Shown: in pieces, positions 1-12,214 of the stretch | Layout: every line of letters starts with the position of its first letter | Position numbering within the stretch: the stretch's first letter is position 1 | Assembly: GCA_904063045.1 (NCBI GenBank) | Contig: CAJFCJ010000028.1 | Location: forward strand, 186,001-250,000 | Length of the DNA: 64,000 nt | Origin: Dimorphilus gyrociliatus | Lineage: Eukaryota > Animalia > Annelida | Direction of reading: 5' to 3' | The notes under the pieces: model-generated | The model's database searches: none | Told to the model about the DNA's origin: nothing | Seen by the model: only the letters and a program-made list of their open reading frames with translations | Program-made: the position numbers and the translations under genes

Positions 1-124
1 AAATATATACTTTATAACATTTCCACAGTGACATCCATAAGACATTCTTTATTTAACAGTTTTTTATTAAAAAGTCATAGAATCTATACGGTGATAACAT
101 TTGACATTTATCTAAACTTATCCG

Positions 125-195
125 AAAACCGCCAAAATTCTTATTTTTGAAACGAGACCTACTATTGGCTGAGGGCTTTCCAATAAACCAATCAC
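125..195 (+). promoter_or_regulatory. Cell-cycle-type promoter upstream of STIL
   Basis: E2F-like CCGCCAAAA (129-137), CHR-like TTTGAA (146-151), CCAAT boxes (164-168 reverse, 188-192), followed by a probable 5'-UTR intron 219-533. Confidence 0.55.
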
Positions 196-338
196 CGCTA
201 CGCTTACATTACGTATCGGTAAGATCGGTTATACCTTCTTTGGTGAAGTTGGATTCTCTTATGTGAACGATCTTTGATACTCTCTCATATCGACATGCCA
301 AACATTCTATCGTTTTGAAACGATATTTTACAATATAT

Positions 339-355
339 TATATATATATATATAT
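339..355. repeat. (TA)n microsatellite
   Basis: Directly visible; similar short TA runs occur at about 4241, 5752, 14281, 60955 and 63722. Confidence 0.85.
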
Positions 356-535
356 TGATCGTCTAATTTCAGATTCGATTATCACGATTACGATTGCGAG
401 ATCTCTAGTTCAAACTTGTGCAGATCCTAACAAATTACGATTCTATGTGATTTTATGAATCTAACTGAATTCTACTGTGATTAGCGGATTAGCAGCCTCA
501 TTTTATCATCTCTGATCTATATATAATCTTTAGTT

Positions 536-3500
536 ATGAACAACGGACGAAAATTAGAATTTCCTGTTGTAAGAACAATTCTTTGGGATCACAAGGCCGC
601 AGGAAAGTCTATAGAGATCGGACCTTTTCCGTCAGAGTAAGTAAAAAAACGCCATAATTATCAATGTTTAAGAATCAGCTAATTCACTATCAGATATCCT
701 TGTATTAACATAAATGAATCAACTTTATCAATCATAAAATCCATAAGAGATAAGTCAAAAATTACCAAGTTTGTTCTTATTGGCTCTTTGCAAAGGGAAC
801 TTGGTAAGTTAAAACAGTTTTTTTTATCATTTCCCATTTAATTTATATTTAATGTTCTTGTTTTAGATCATAGTTTAACAATTGAGATTGAACGGCATGA
901 AACAGAAAATGATATGAAAAAGATGACAACTTTACATGATATGATGTATATTCCTTGTTATGTAAGATCTTTCATAATAATTCCTATGATTTATATTAAG
1001 AAAAATCTTACAAAATGTATTTAGGTTCAATCTACGAATGGACCACTTCCATTTTCCAGCGATGATTACTCCAAATCAATAGAGGTTTGTTTCTTATCAA
1101 AATTTTGGCCCAACTGATTAAATTTTTTGTAAATTTCTGCAATTATAATTCAATAAGGACTTGATACTGATTAGATTAAATTTAGCAAACAATTTCACAA
1201 AATCAAATGAACCTTTTGTTCTATTAAGATAATAATGTAAAAATAAATAAAGGATTATTTAAGGAATATATCTTTACATTTTCCTATTTTTTATATATGA
1301 TATATAGGCTCTACACAAGCGATGTAAAACGAATCAGAAAATATCCTTTTGTCAATTTTTTCATCCTTTGGTAGCATTGCAAATTGGAGACGGTCTGGAG
1401 ATTCGATCAGACATGGTCTATCCTGATGTTTCTTTTACAGCCATACCCATACAAAATGTGCCACTAGTTCCATCAGCATTAGCCAAGAATTTAGCCTCAC
1501 CTTACTGTAGGAGTTATGTTTTGGGTGAAGCCCAGTCTGGGTTTGTTTGTTTAAAATTCACTTAAAAGGGTACAAACGATCTTTTACTTTATTATTAATA
1601 GATATTTGTCAATGGATCAGACTAGAAAGGTTTTATTAATATTGGAATCAGATCCTAAAGTATCAAGTTTACCAATTGTAGGAATGTAAGTATTTCAAGT
1701 AATTTATCCACTATCTGTTGAAACTAATTGAATGTTTTTTCCCCAGATGGATTAGCGGCGTAGCTACTATATCTGATCCTTTTGTATGGGCGTGTTGTTG
1801 CAGATACCTGTTTTCCAACATAAAGAATAGGTTAAATTCAATTTATACCTGTACAGTCTTGTTATTTAATTTTTCTCGTATGTTTTTTTAGGGTACACCC
1901 TCTATCTGAACCCTTTCTTGTCATCCTTTATTCAACTGAACATTCAGAAAGAGAAGTGTACGATATAACTCCAACTGGAAGTAAAACGTCACTTGGTTTT
2001 GATATATTAACATTAAGCGAAGATTTAAGACAAAATCAAGTTTGTTATTAAAACAGACAAAACGTATTTAAAATTAAACCATACTGATTTTATAGAAAAC
2101 TTCATTTGATTCAAATGTACATATGCTACAATTTGAAAAGGAAAAAACTATGTCCAAACGAGCATTGTTCGGTTCTTGTTTGAAGAAATATGATGAAAAA
2201 ATGTGATAAATACAGTATTATATATAAATAATTGATATTAAATAATGCTATAAATTATAATATATAGGAAAAATGAAATGGAGAAAAATCTCAGCGTTTC
2301 TCTTAAAAGTGCTATGTTGGATGATTTGATGCCCCAACCTGCTGTTGAAAGAGACTGGAATAAGGTTTATTTATATTTTACTATGTTTATCATAAAAAAA
2401 TATTTTTATTATCTTTATTATTTAGCCAATTCAAATGAAATCTGAAGTTCCAGAAGTAACTCTGCTGCAGGAATGTACGCCTGAACCTAAAATTCAAATG
2501 AGAAAACTTCGTCAAGAATACGATATAGAAGATGAATCTGTACCAAAACCTCCACTAATGAAACATAAAACAACTAGAAAATCTTTAAGTCCATTAAACA
2601 CTTCAACTAATAACAAAAGCATATCAAAAAAGCTTGAAAATGAGGAACCCGAACGGGACAATCATCATAACGAAACTAAACAACAAGTCCCTAGTGAATG
2701 GCTAGATATCTTGAAAAAACAGAATGACGAGATCAAATATTTAAGGTCTCAGGTTGAAAAATTAGTGATGGAACAATCGAGAAGGGAAAATGTGCAAGAT
2801 GCGTCAGTTCAAAGTACTTTGGATAGGAGTCACATAGAAAACCGTTCAATAGGTGTAAATACCTCAATTTTAGAAAATCCAGGTGAAAAGTCAAACGTAT
2901 TTAGCACACCATTAAATCAAGCTGTATTTAAAGAAGCCATTCAAAATGGACATTTAACGTCCAGTCCTCACGACCTGTTGAAAAGTAACGCAACATTTGG
3001 AGATTTAAGAATAGACAGCGGTAGCTATGAAACAACTAGGTCGGAAAGAATTATTGATATGCCCGACTTTAATAATCTGTCATCGGAAAGGTATTAATAA
3101 ATATTTTCTTTATACTATTTAACACGTATTTGTCATGTTAACTTTAACAGATTTAACCAATCCGTTGCTAGTCCACTTTTAGGTGAAAGCGTTAGTATGT
3201 ATCAACAAGGAGGATTACAAGCTGTTATGCCTCATTTTGAAGTAAATTCTTTGAAATATAATAACTAATCATTTGTATAATTGTTTAATATTATATGACA
3301 AACGTTTGGCATTTTCTTAGGAAAAAGAATCCCAGCCACCGTCGTCGAAACTCTTTGATGAAGATTATAGCAGTTTTTCTGAGTCGGAAGATGAAAATAT
3401 TGAAAATTCCCCTCCAAAGAATAGGACAGCGTCACGTGGCTGTTCACCTATAAAATCTTTACAACAAACACCACAGAAACTGTCATCTAATAATACAACA

Positions 3501-4010
3501 ATCGACATTGCTGCTAAAACTCGGAAAGAATTAGAAGCGCTCGGCATATGCTTTGATCCAGATAATGTAAATTTTAGTTTTAAACCAGCTCCGGATGGAA
3601 CGCTTTACCTAGATACAGCTCTCTTACCAAAGGTACAATACACATCTCTCCTACTCTCTTCTTCCGAGTGTGATGATGCTGATAGTCTTGCATTAAAATA
3701 TTTAAACGATGCCGAATTGACAACTTTAGCAAGAGGTGAAAACAAGATTATAGAACCAACTATCTTTCAATCAAATAATATGTCATTTGCAACAAGAAAA
3801 TATATGGAAAGATACGGTTTAGTAAATGGAAAAGCAAATATAGAATCTCCAACAAAAGATGGCGGCACCTTATCCCAAAGAAATAGCTTGAAACCAAGTA
3901 CATGTCCAAATACACCATTAAATAGAGATATTCCAAAACTTGAAGATCAGAGACATGATTCTAGATTATTAGATATAGAAAAATTAAAAGCACTTCCTCA
4001 ATTATTATAA
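536..4010 (+). CDS. STIL: SCL/TAL1-interrupting locus protein (STIL/SAS-5 family centriole duplication factor), multi-exon
   Basis: Spliced translation matches recalled STIL motifs: [55 protein letters not shown], central coiled coil ([19 protein letters not shown]), STAN-region [15 protein letters not shown] and C-terminal [14 protein letters not shown]. First introns checked: 637-693 GT-AG. Last exon 3321-4010. ATG 536 is inferred. Confidence 0.93.
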
Positions 4011-4334
4011 AAATTTCTTTTTAGGTTTTATTTTCATAATTTATTTTTTTATTAAAAACACAAAACTTTACCGTTGTCTTTGTCTTCCTCTATCTCTTCC
4101 TCTACCTTTACTTATTGTTTTTATTCTTGAACATTTTATTTTGTTGTATTTTTTTTTTTTTTTCAAAATAAATCTTTTCCACTTGCATAAAATACTCTTT
4201 GAACAAAAAAAACCATGTTTTGTCTTGTATCGTATTGAAATATATATATATATAGAGTATGAAATACTATACTAATTTGCATATACTTTATATGCTGTAT
4301 CATATTTTTTTTAATTTCGAATTTTTAAATAACA

Positions 4335-5074
4335 ATGCCTGCTTCCAATCAAGTTACCGATGAAAAAGAACCCATATATCCTACTATTTTGGTCCAAAAT
4401 GATCAAGTTCATCCCATCGATTATCATAGAAGAAACTCTTCCTATTTCTGGCAAATTTTCTTTATACTGTTAGCTTGCACTGTCCTTTTGACGTTTGGTT
4501 TTTATGTATCATCGTCGGATACTCGAAATCACCTTCACCTCTCTAAACTAAAGCATAGTAGAGCAGACGGAAGTAAATCAAGGGATCTTTTAAAAGAAAT
4601 TAGAAGGAAGTTTGACGATAAATCAAATGAAGAGCAAATTGGTATTTTTATCGAAGGACAGATGTTTGGCGATGAAAATATTGTTGATAAATACCAAAAT
4701 TTGAATAATATCGTAAATTCTTCACATCTGACAAACCAATCTCATTCATCAAATCTTAATGGTAAAATAATAAAAAGCATAGAGGCAATAATAATCATTT
4801 AAAAAGTCTTACAAATTTCTTTTACATAGGATTCTTTGAACGTGTTTTCCGATGTTTTGAGAGGATGATTTTTGGGAGAAAAATTCAAGAGAAAGAAACG
4901 GAAAATGATATTACAAATATGAATGATAATAATAAACTATTTCCGATGTACGTCATTCGTGGAAGAAACATAAGTCGTCAACAACAAACTACAATTAATA
5001 CGTCTGATGACAAGAAAAATCAGAAACTTTCAACTAATGAAACAATTAAAAAAGAGAATAAAAAAGAAATTTGA
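4335..5074 (+). CDS. Hypothetical single-pass (type II-like) membrane protein, 223 aa, 2 exons (4335-4761, 4830-5074)
   Basis: Two ORF-track fragments join in frame across a 68-bp GT-AG intron. One hydrophobic segment YFWQIFFILLACTVLLTFGFYV; Asn/Lys-rich remainder. No family recognised. Confidence 0.7.
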
Positions 5075-5209
5075 TCATTTAAAAAAAATTATTGCTAATT
5101 ATTTAAATTTATTCTAAACGTTGTGAATAATAATATTATTATTAACGAATAAAAATTATGAAAAATATGTTAATGTATCATTTAAACATTTAAATAATAA
5201 TAATTGAAT

Positions 5210-7157
5210 ATGATTAAATATCTATTTATTTCATTATTAGCTATTTATTATGTATTTTGCTTAAATTATCAATTTTCTACTTCTGATATATCTAATAAAC
5301 GTTCTAAGGTGAATAATGAACTTTTAAAGAAGAGGATGAAACGTTTTATTGCGGCGTCTAAAAAAAGTATACATCAGTTTGAGAATTATCAAGATTGTCT
5401 TCGTAGAAAAATTGATAAACTTAAAAGAAAGATTGCCGAAGGTTCAGCTATATATAAATTCACCGATCAGAATATTCGAATAAACTGCAACTTTTGGTTT
5501 GTTTTTGATTGATATTTCTACACTGTTTTAAAGAATTAATTCATGCAAACAGTTCCAGACCTGATCAGGATATTGGAAAGTTTTATATAGTATGGAAATT
5601 AAGTCCACGTAGCGGTGGAGGAGAAAGAGTTATAAATATATTAAAAACAAATAAATACGATTATAATATAACGGATTTTTCATTAAGAATCAAATCATTA
5701 ACATCTTCTGATAATGGAATGTTTGTCTTACTTTTAAGTGCTCTTAATATATGTATATATATATATATATATCTTTAATCTTCACAGCTACAAATGTTAT
5801 GTTAACGAAGAATGGCAAAGCTATACTTATTTGGATGTTTTCCAACAAGATTCTTTTAGATTTCGTAATGTTTATGATCCACCTCTTGAAGGTGATAGGC
5901 CTATGCCTGGGATTATCCTAGATGATAATAATATTAAAGTTTTGAATTATTATTAAATATACTTTTATATTCGTTCATATGTATCTATATATATATAAAT
6001 GTATGTATATTTCTCCAATAGATATATACGCACTGGAATGAATGGTCAGATTGTAACGATTGTAATAAGGAAGGAACAAAATCTAGAAGAGGAATTTGCA
6101 AAATAATTGTAATTTATTGTATTTATTCCTTATATAAAATGATAATAATAGATGTTTTCTATGCAAAAACTTAGAGAAAGGATAAAAATATGGGATTGAA
6201 ACCTGTTGATATACCTAATTTAAAAGATTTCGAAGGTGGAATACCGTGCAAATCATCACTTTTGCCTTTATATTATAAGAATTTAAGAGAGGTCTCTTGC
6301 AATCAAAATTTTACTATTCTCTTTTTTATCGAAACATTTACTTGCCTCTTTTATGATAGATAAAGGATATCATGGAAGAAAATCATATAAGAAGATGCTT
6401 TAAACCTTGTCCTATGCAAACGAATACATCTTTCATTAACGAAGATGGTCAAGTAATTAATAATACTTTAATAATTATTCATAAATTTATTCATTTATTT
6501 AAATATTAAAAAAACAAAACTAAAGGTTGTAAATATTTACGAAAGGAAGGAAAAGTGTACAAACTGTCTAGAGTTTGAATTGGAAAAACCTCCTGTACAA
6601 CCTAAAAAAATTCTACGTATATCAAAATTTGCTTATGAAACTAAAGAATTATTTTTAGAATGTCCAGAGTAGGCTTATTTCTCGATAATATTAACTTATT
6701 AATATACTAATACATACCCAATTTACAATAGTTACACTTCATTTCGTTATTTTTCCCATTTATTTTTGTTTTTTGCTTTTTAGCGAAGCATCTGCTGATG
6801 AAGCTGTTAAATGGGAGAAAAAAGGCAAAATTATTGATTTTATAAGTATTAGAATTGAAACAAGGAATAGAATTTCAATCGATCATATGAATAGACTTCA
6901 CTTCCTTAAATTACAAATTAAGGATATGGATAATTACGGGTTTGGTTTATTTTTATAGGTCTTACATGCTTTTATATATACTTTTATACCTTCTCTACAG
7001 GTGTTACGTAAATGATGTTCCTATTGCTGTTATTACCTTGAGAGTTCAACCATACAGATCAAAAGTTGATATTTTTTCCAATCTTATAACTTTTGGTTGG
7101 ATTTCTTCTGTTTATAAATTCATACGTTCAATAATTTCTTCTATATTCAAACTTTAA
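5210..7157 (+). CDS. FAM187A: FAM187A-like Ig-domain protein (signal peptide, Ig domain, TSP1-like Cys/Trp segment, second Ig domain), multi-exon
   Basis: Signal peptide MIKYLFISLLAIYYVFC. Spliced Ig motifs FSLRIKSLTSSDNGIYKC and LHFLKLQIKDMDNYGCYVN. IYTHWNEWSDCNDCNKEGTKSRRGIC resembles FAM187 [25 protein letters not shown]. Confidence 0.72.
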
Positions 7158-7379
7158 TAGTTTATCGATAGTTTTATAGTTTTTGTGCTAAATAAATAAA
7201 TATTAGTTCGTTTTTTTCCTATCCTGACAGTGTTTAGCTATAACCGTAATAAAAAAAGGCTGTCTGCTAGATTGTCTGATTCATAAAATTTCCGAAGATA
7301 AACTGTGATAAAGTCTTTTAATTAGTATATCATTTAATCAAGGAGGATCGTAATTAATGATTCGCTAGAATATTAAAAA

Positions 7380-10300
7380 ATGTCATTGAATGAGAATTTA
7401 AGGAGGGTCATCTTTCAAAATTTTCTGTCTACACTGATACCGAAAGAAGGAAAATTAACAGCAAATGATTTAAATTATATACTTCAGACAAATATCAATT
7501 TTCCTAATAAACTATGTAATAAAGAAGTTTATAACTTTATTAAAAAGAATTCATCTTCTAAACAAAAGTTAAAAAGTTGTTTGGAAGCATTAGACCATTT
7601 CATCTCGTATTCGAAAAACCTTTTAAAACCACCAGAATTGAGGCCGATTGGATGGAACAGTATCATGCTTGAAAATGAAATATTCCGCCACAAGATTGAT
7701 TCTCTTAAAGGGTCTAGAGAAATATTAATCAAGATCGGATATAAAGTTATAGAAGAAGATGCTTTGAATTTTAATGAAGGTCAATATATCGACAATCATT
7801 TTTTGAGAGTAATAATTACAGATCTCACTATTGCCAAGTTGGAAATTTCTTCATACTTGAACGAAACACACCCCCAGCCTCACACTTTAATTGATTGTGG
7901 TATAGGTATCTATCTAAAAGAAGATGCTCTCGAAAATGACGATACTTTATTAACTAACGACGATTTAATGGGAGTGAAAGATGAACAGATGCTACCCTTA
8001 ATAAAAGCTATTAATCTATGCCATTCCATGGATATAAATAGTAGGTTATCTTCTTTTGTACAATATATTATTAATCAGCCTATTAATATTCCAATTTATT
8101 TAATTACTACTTAGAATTGAAATTCTGTGGTGTATGTGAAAGCGAGTCAACGTATATATGCTCGAGTTATCAATGCCAGTTTACAAAGACTTTTTGTGAT
8201 GAATGTTTAAAATTAAGACATTCAAAGAAGTGTCAGGATCACGAATATTATCCTATTCAACTTTGCGAAAAATGTAAAAAATCTGCAACTTGGATTTGTT
8301 CAGAGAAAAATTGCTATAGAACTCTCTGTGATAAGTGCAATTATCTGTAAATATTATATATTCTTCTTATATTTGGTAATGCTATAATATTTATATATTT
8401 TAGTGTACACAAGGGAACGAAGGAACATGTTGATAGGAAAAGAGTTATTTATCATTCAGCCAATGAGTTAAAAGATACATTAGTTACAAATGACTTAGTC
8501 GAGCCAATAGATAGTAATTTGGTTGTCGAAAACAAAAGAGATGTCAAGGAATCTGCTTCACCAACGCCAAATTTTGAAGAACATTCTTTGTCGAGCCTTG
8601 ATGATGTCAATGTTTGGTTCTGTCAATACTGTACATTCCAGAATAACCGAGAGTCGCGAATATGTGAAATGTGTCATAAAACAACTTTACAAAATTCATC
8701 AGAAACAAAACCCAGTGCTAATCAGATTCTTCGACCAGAAGACCTTTTATACAATGAAACATCTAATGACATTTCCGGTAATGAAGTAGATGTATACTTT
8801 TCAAAACTACAATCTTTGCAAAGTGTTGAACTCTTTAAAGTTTGTATTTTAATTGTTTACAAGGAATTGAAAACAATTATAGATTTTATACATGTTTCCA
8901 TAGAAATATGAAAGAGAGGAAGGAAAACTTATACTCGCATTGAAAAGTGATCGTTATCGGAATTTAACTGAATTTGAAGGTATCATTTGTAATGTTACCA
9001 ATTTGAGGAGAATATCATCTACAAGACAAGATTTTTATTTTGGACTAATGTCATACGAGGAAGCGATAAAAGCAATTCAGAATACTGAAAATATCGACGA
9101 AGCTATAGAATTTTCTTTATCAATTCAAAAAGAGAAAATAGAAAGACTAGAAAATATGTTTGCAATGGATAAACAATTGATCATAGACTCTCTTAGGTAT
9201 GCAGATGGCAATGTCGAAATTACGGAAAAAAATTTACTTATCAAAACGATTAATTCAATGAACGAAAACAAAACTAATAATGAATCTGATTTAAGCAATA
9301 TTTTAAAATGGAAAAGCATTGATATTATGAAATTTAGAAGAGTACTACTCGCAGAATATAATTTAACGGAACTTAAAGTAGATATCGTAATTGAATTAAT
9401 AGAAAGTTACCCACTTGCTGATGTACTCGATTCGATTAAACAAGAAAATGTTTATACTGTTGAAGATGCCATAAAATACTTGAAAGTAGTTTGCTCAGTT
9501 TGTTTTGTCGAATTTCCCATTTCAAAGGTATTCAGTATGTTTTAATTTAAAATCAATTTATAATGTAAACATGAATAATTTTTCAAAGACAAATCGTCTC
9601 CCTATATGCTCTTGTACAATGTGCAATTATTGCATACAAGAATGGGTTACACATTGCACCCTGACAGCTACCGTTGAGCATTGGAAGTGTCCATCCTGCA
9701 ACAAACCTAATATGCTAAACGAAACGCCAGAAAATATTGATATGCATTTCTACTTTATGCAAACATATGTGAATAAGGAAGAAGGACATATTAAAGATAA
9801 ATGTCACAAAAAATTAGCCCAATGGAAACTTTCGCAATTTGACAACTTCAGATGGTGTCTTAAGGTTGAAAGAAATTGTTATTAATCATTTATACGTTCT
9901 TCCTTAATTCAACTTTTTATTATAGTGCGAAAATGGTAATATACTTGAACCGAATAATAATCCAAATCAAAGAAAATTTCAATGCACCAGTTGTGGAGCG
10001 GCACAGTGTTTCTATTGTAAAAAAGAATGGAAATCAGCACATAAGAATATATCTTGTGAAAAATATCTTCAATGGTTAACTGAAAATGATAAAGAATTTC
10101 AATTGCAAAAATTGAGCCATTTCCTAGAAGAAAACGGAATAAGTATGCAATTATTTAATTGTCTTTTCTATTTATACAGTATGTATTTATTATTCAGTGT
10201 GCCCTTATTGTAAAAAGCAATATTGCCTGGCGAAAGGAGGTTGTTTACATTTTGTCTGTCCAAATTGCGGTTTTCAATTTTGCGCTGGATGTAATAGAGA

Positions 10301-10967
10301 AATGGCCAGAGATCGTGTAAGTTATTCTATTCAATTGGTGTATAAAGAATAAAATATTACACTCTTTTTCTAGAATTGTAAATATAAATTAGAGAGCTGT
10401 GAAAGAAAAGGCCTTCATTGTCATCATCCTAGAGATTGTTTACATTACCTGAGAGACCTCACCGTAGAACAATTGAAAGACTTATTAAAGGTTTTTAAAT
10501 TCTTAAGTTTTTATAAGTTTTCAAAATTCTATTGTAAAACTTAATTATAGAGTCATAATATTGAATATAAGAAAGAGACGGAGGAGGAGCCAGTTGAACC
10601 GTATAATAAGTGTATGGTGTTGGAGCAAAAAGAATTGGGTACAGCGTATCGAGACGAAAATTGCGGTAAGGAATGCTATAAAGATGCCTCCTTATGCGAA
10701 ACTCATTTAAAAGAATATCTTGTGGCGATAATCAATAAAAACCATATAGATCCAATTGATTATCAGGAAACACCAATATTGATGACTATTTTAAGGGAAA
10801 ACCGTATAGATATACCCAACGGAGACCATGCATGTAATAATTATAAGACATTAATAAAAGAGGTAAGTAAAAATATTATAAATATGTTAAAGAAATAAGT
10901 ATTTTAATATGCTATTCTCTTTAAATTATAGATAGTCAAAGAGAAAATACCAATTATTCAAACATGA
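7380..10967 (+). CDS. RNF31: RBR E3 ubiquitin ligase HOIP (PUB, B-box region, NZF, UBA-like, RING1-IBR-RING2, LDD), multi-exon
   Basis: PUB-like RPIGWNSIMLENEIFRHKIDSLKGSREILIKIGY; NZF WFCQYCTFQN..ICEMC; RING1 CSVCF..CSCTMCNYC..CPSC; RING2 catalytic KGGCLHFVC; LDD-like GLHCHHPRDCLHYLRD and KEYLVAIINKNHIDP. Stop at 10965-10967 after the final intron. Confidence 0.93.
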
Positions 10968-12214
10968 AGGACATTTATACACTGTATCTCCATATCTGAA
11001 AAACTATATACAATTCCATCTATCACTGATATGTAAAAAAGAAACATATCAATGGCTTTCTATATTATACAATGGATTGTTGATGCAATTATTAGATTAT
11101 TAAATAATGTCACTAAATTGCTGATTTATAAAAGAGTCATTATAAATACGTATAAACGGGTAAGAAATAAAGGAATTTAATATCATCTTCGTCCTATTTA
11201 TTATATTATAAACATTTCTAATACCATCGTACATAATATTTCATTTTATGAAGAAAGAAATAACAACAGTCAAACTGGAAAAAAGACATTTACAATTTTA
11301 GATAATAAACAGTTGTTTACTAAAGTTTCTCTTCTAAAATTCCCCTCTGTTAGCTTAAATATAGAAAAAAGTACTTATCGTACGATCGAATAAGATAAAA
11401 ATTGATAACAGTTATCAGATAATGGCTATAACAATAATAGTATTTATTTCAAATCTGTTCATAGGCTTTATTCTTTTGGTATTGGAGCTATTTTCGTTTG
11501 TTTACGTTACAAACTTCAAGTTCAATGTTAATATCTATGGTATTTTGGCAAATATTCAAACGATAAAAAAAAAGGGATCACGATGAGATCGATAGACGAT
11601 TGATCGAATGATTGAAGAATAAACGAATGCATGAACACCAGATAGATAACAAATATTAGAGATTAATCTCTTTCAAAACATACTATAGACCTGCAAAATC
11701 TGTTGATCGACCTAATATAGAGACTAGATAACTGCTGATAGTTTAAATGTCATTTTTCCTTACCATTCAATAATATATCAGTGAAAAATGTAGCTAAATC
11801 TATTAAAAATGTGTCTATATTTTACTCTGAATATATAAAATTACAATAAATATTTATTAAAAAATAATGTATTATTTTTTAAAAATAACTTTCTTTTACT
11901 GGAAAAGAATCAAGCAAAAAAAGAATATAACAAAATGTCAACAATTTTAAGTTAGGTTTCCTTCACTTTTCCTTGCCTGTTATACGTAAGATATTCATAT
12001 GACATTCATTTAACAATTTGGGCAGCACGTAGGGTTTTATACACAAGTATATCGAACATTTAAAAATAAATAAATTATCATTATTAAATAGTGGAAGTAG
12101 AACCAGCTCTCTTTTATTCTTCTTCTAGAATAACACAGTTTATAGCAGTACCTGAATAGCTTAATTAAGAAGAAATTGTTCAGTTTTTTTTTAACCTATA
12201 TTCCTTCATCAGAT

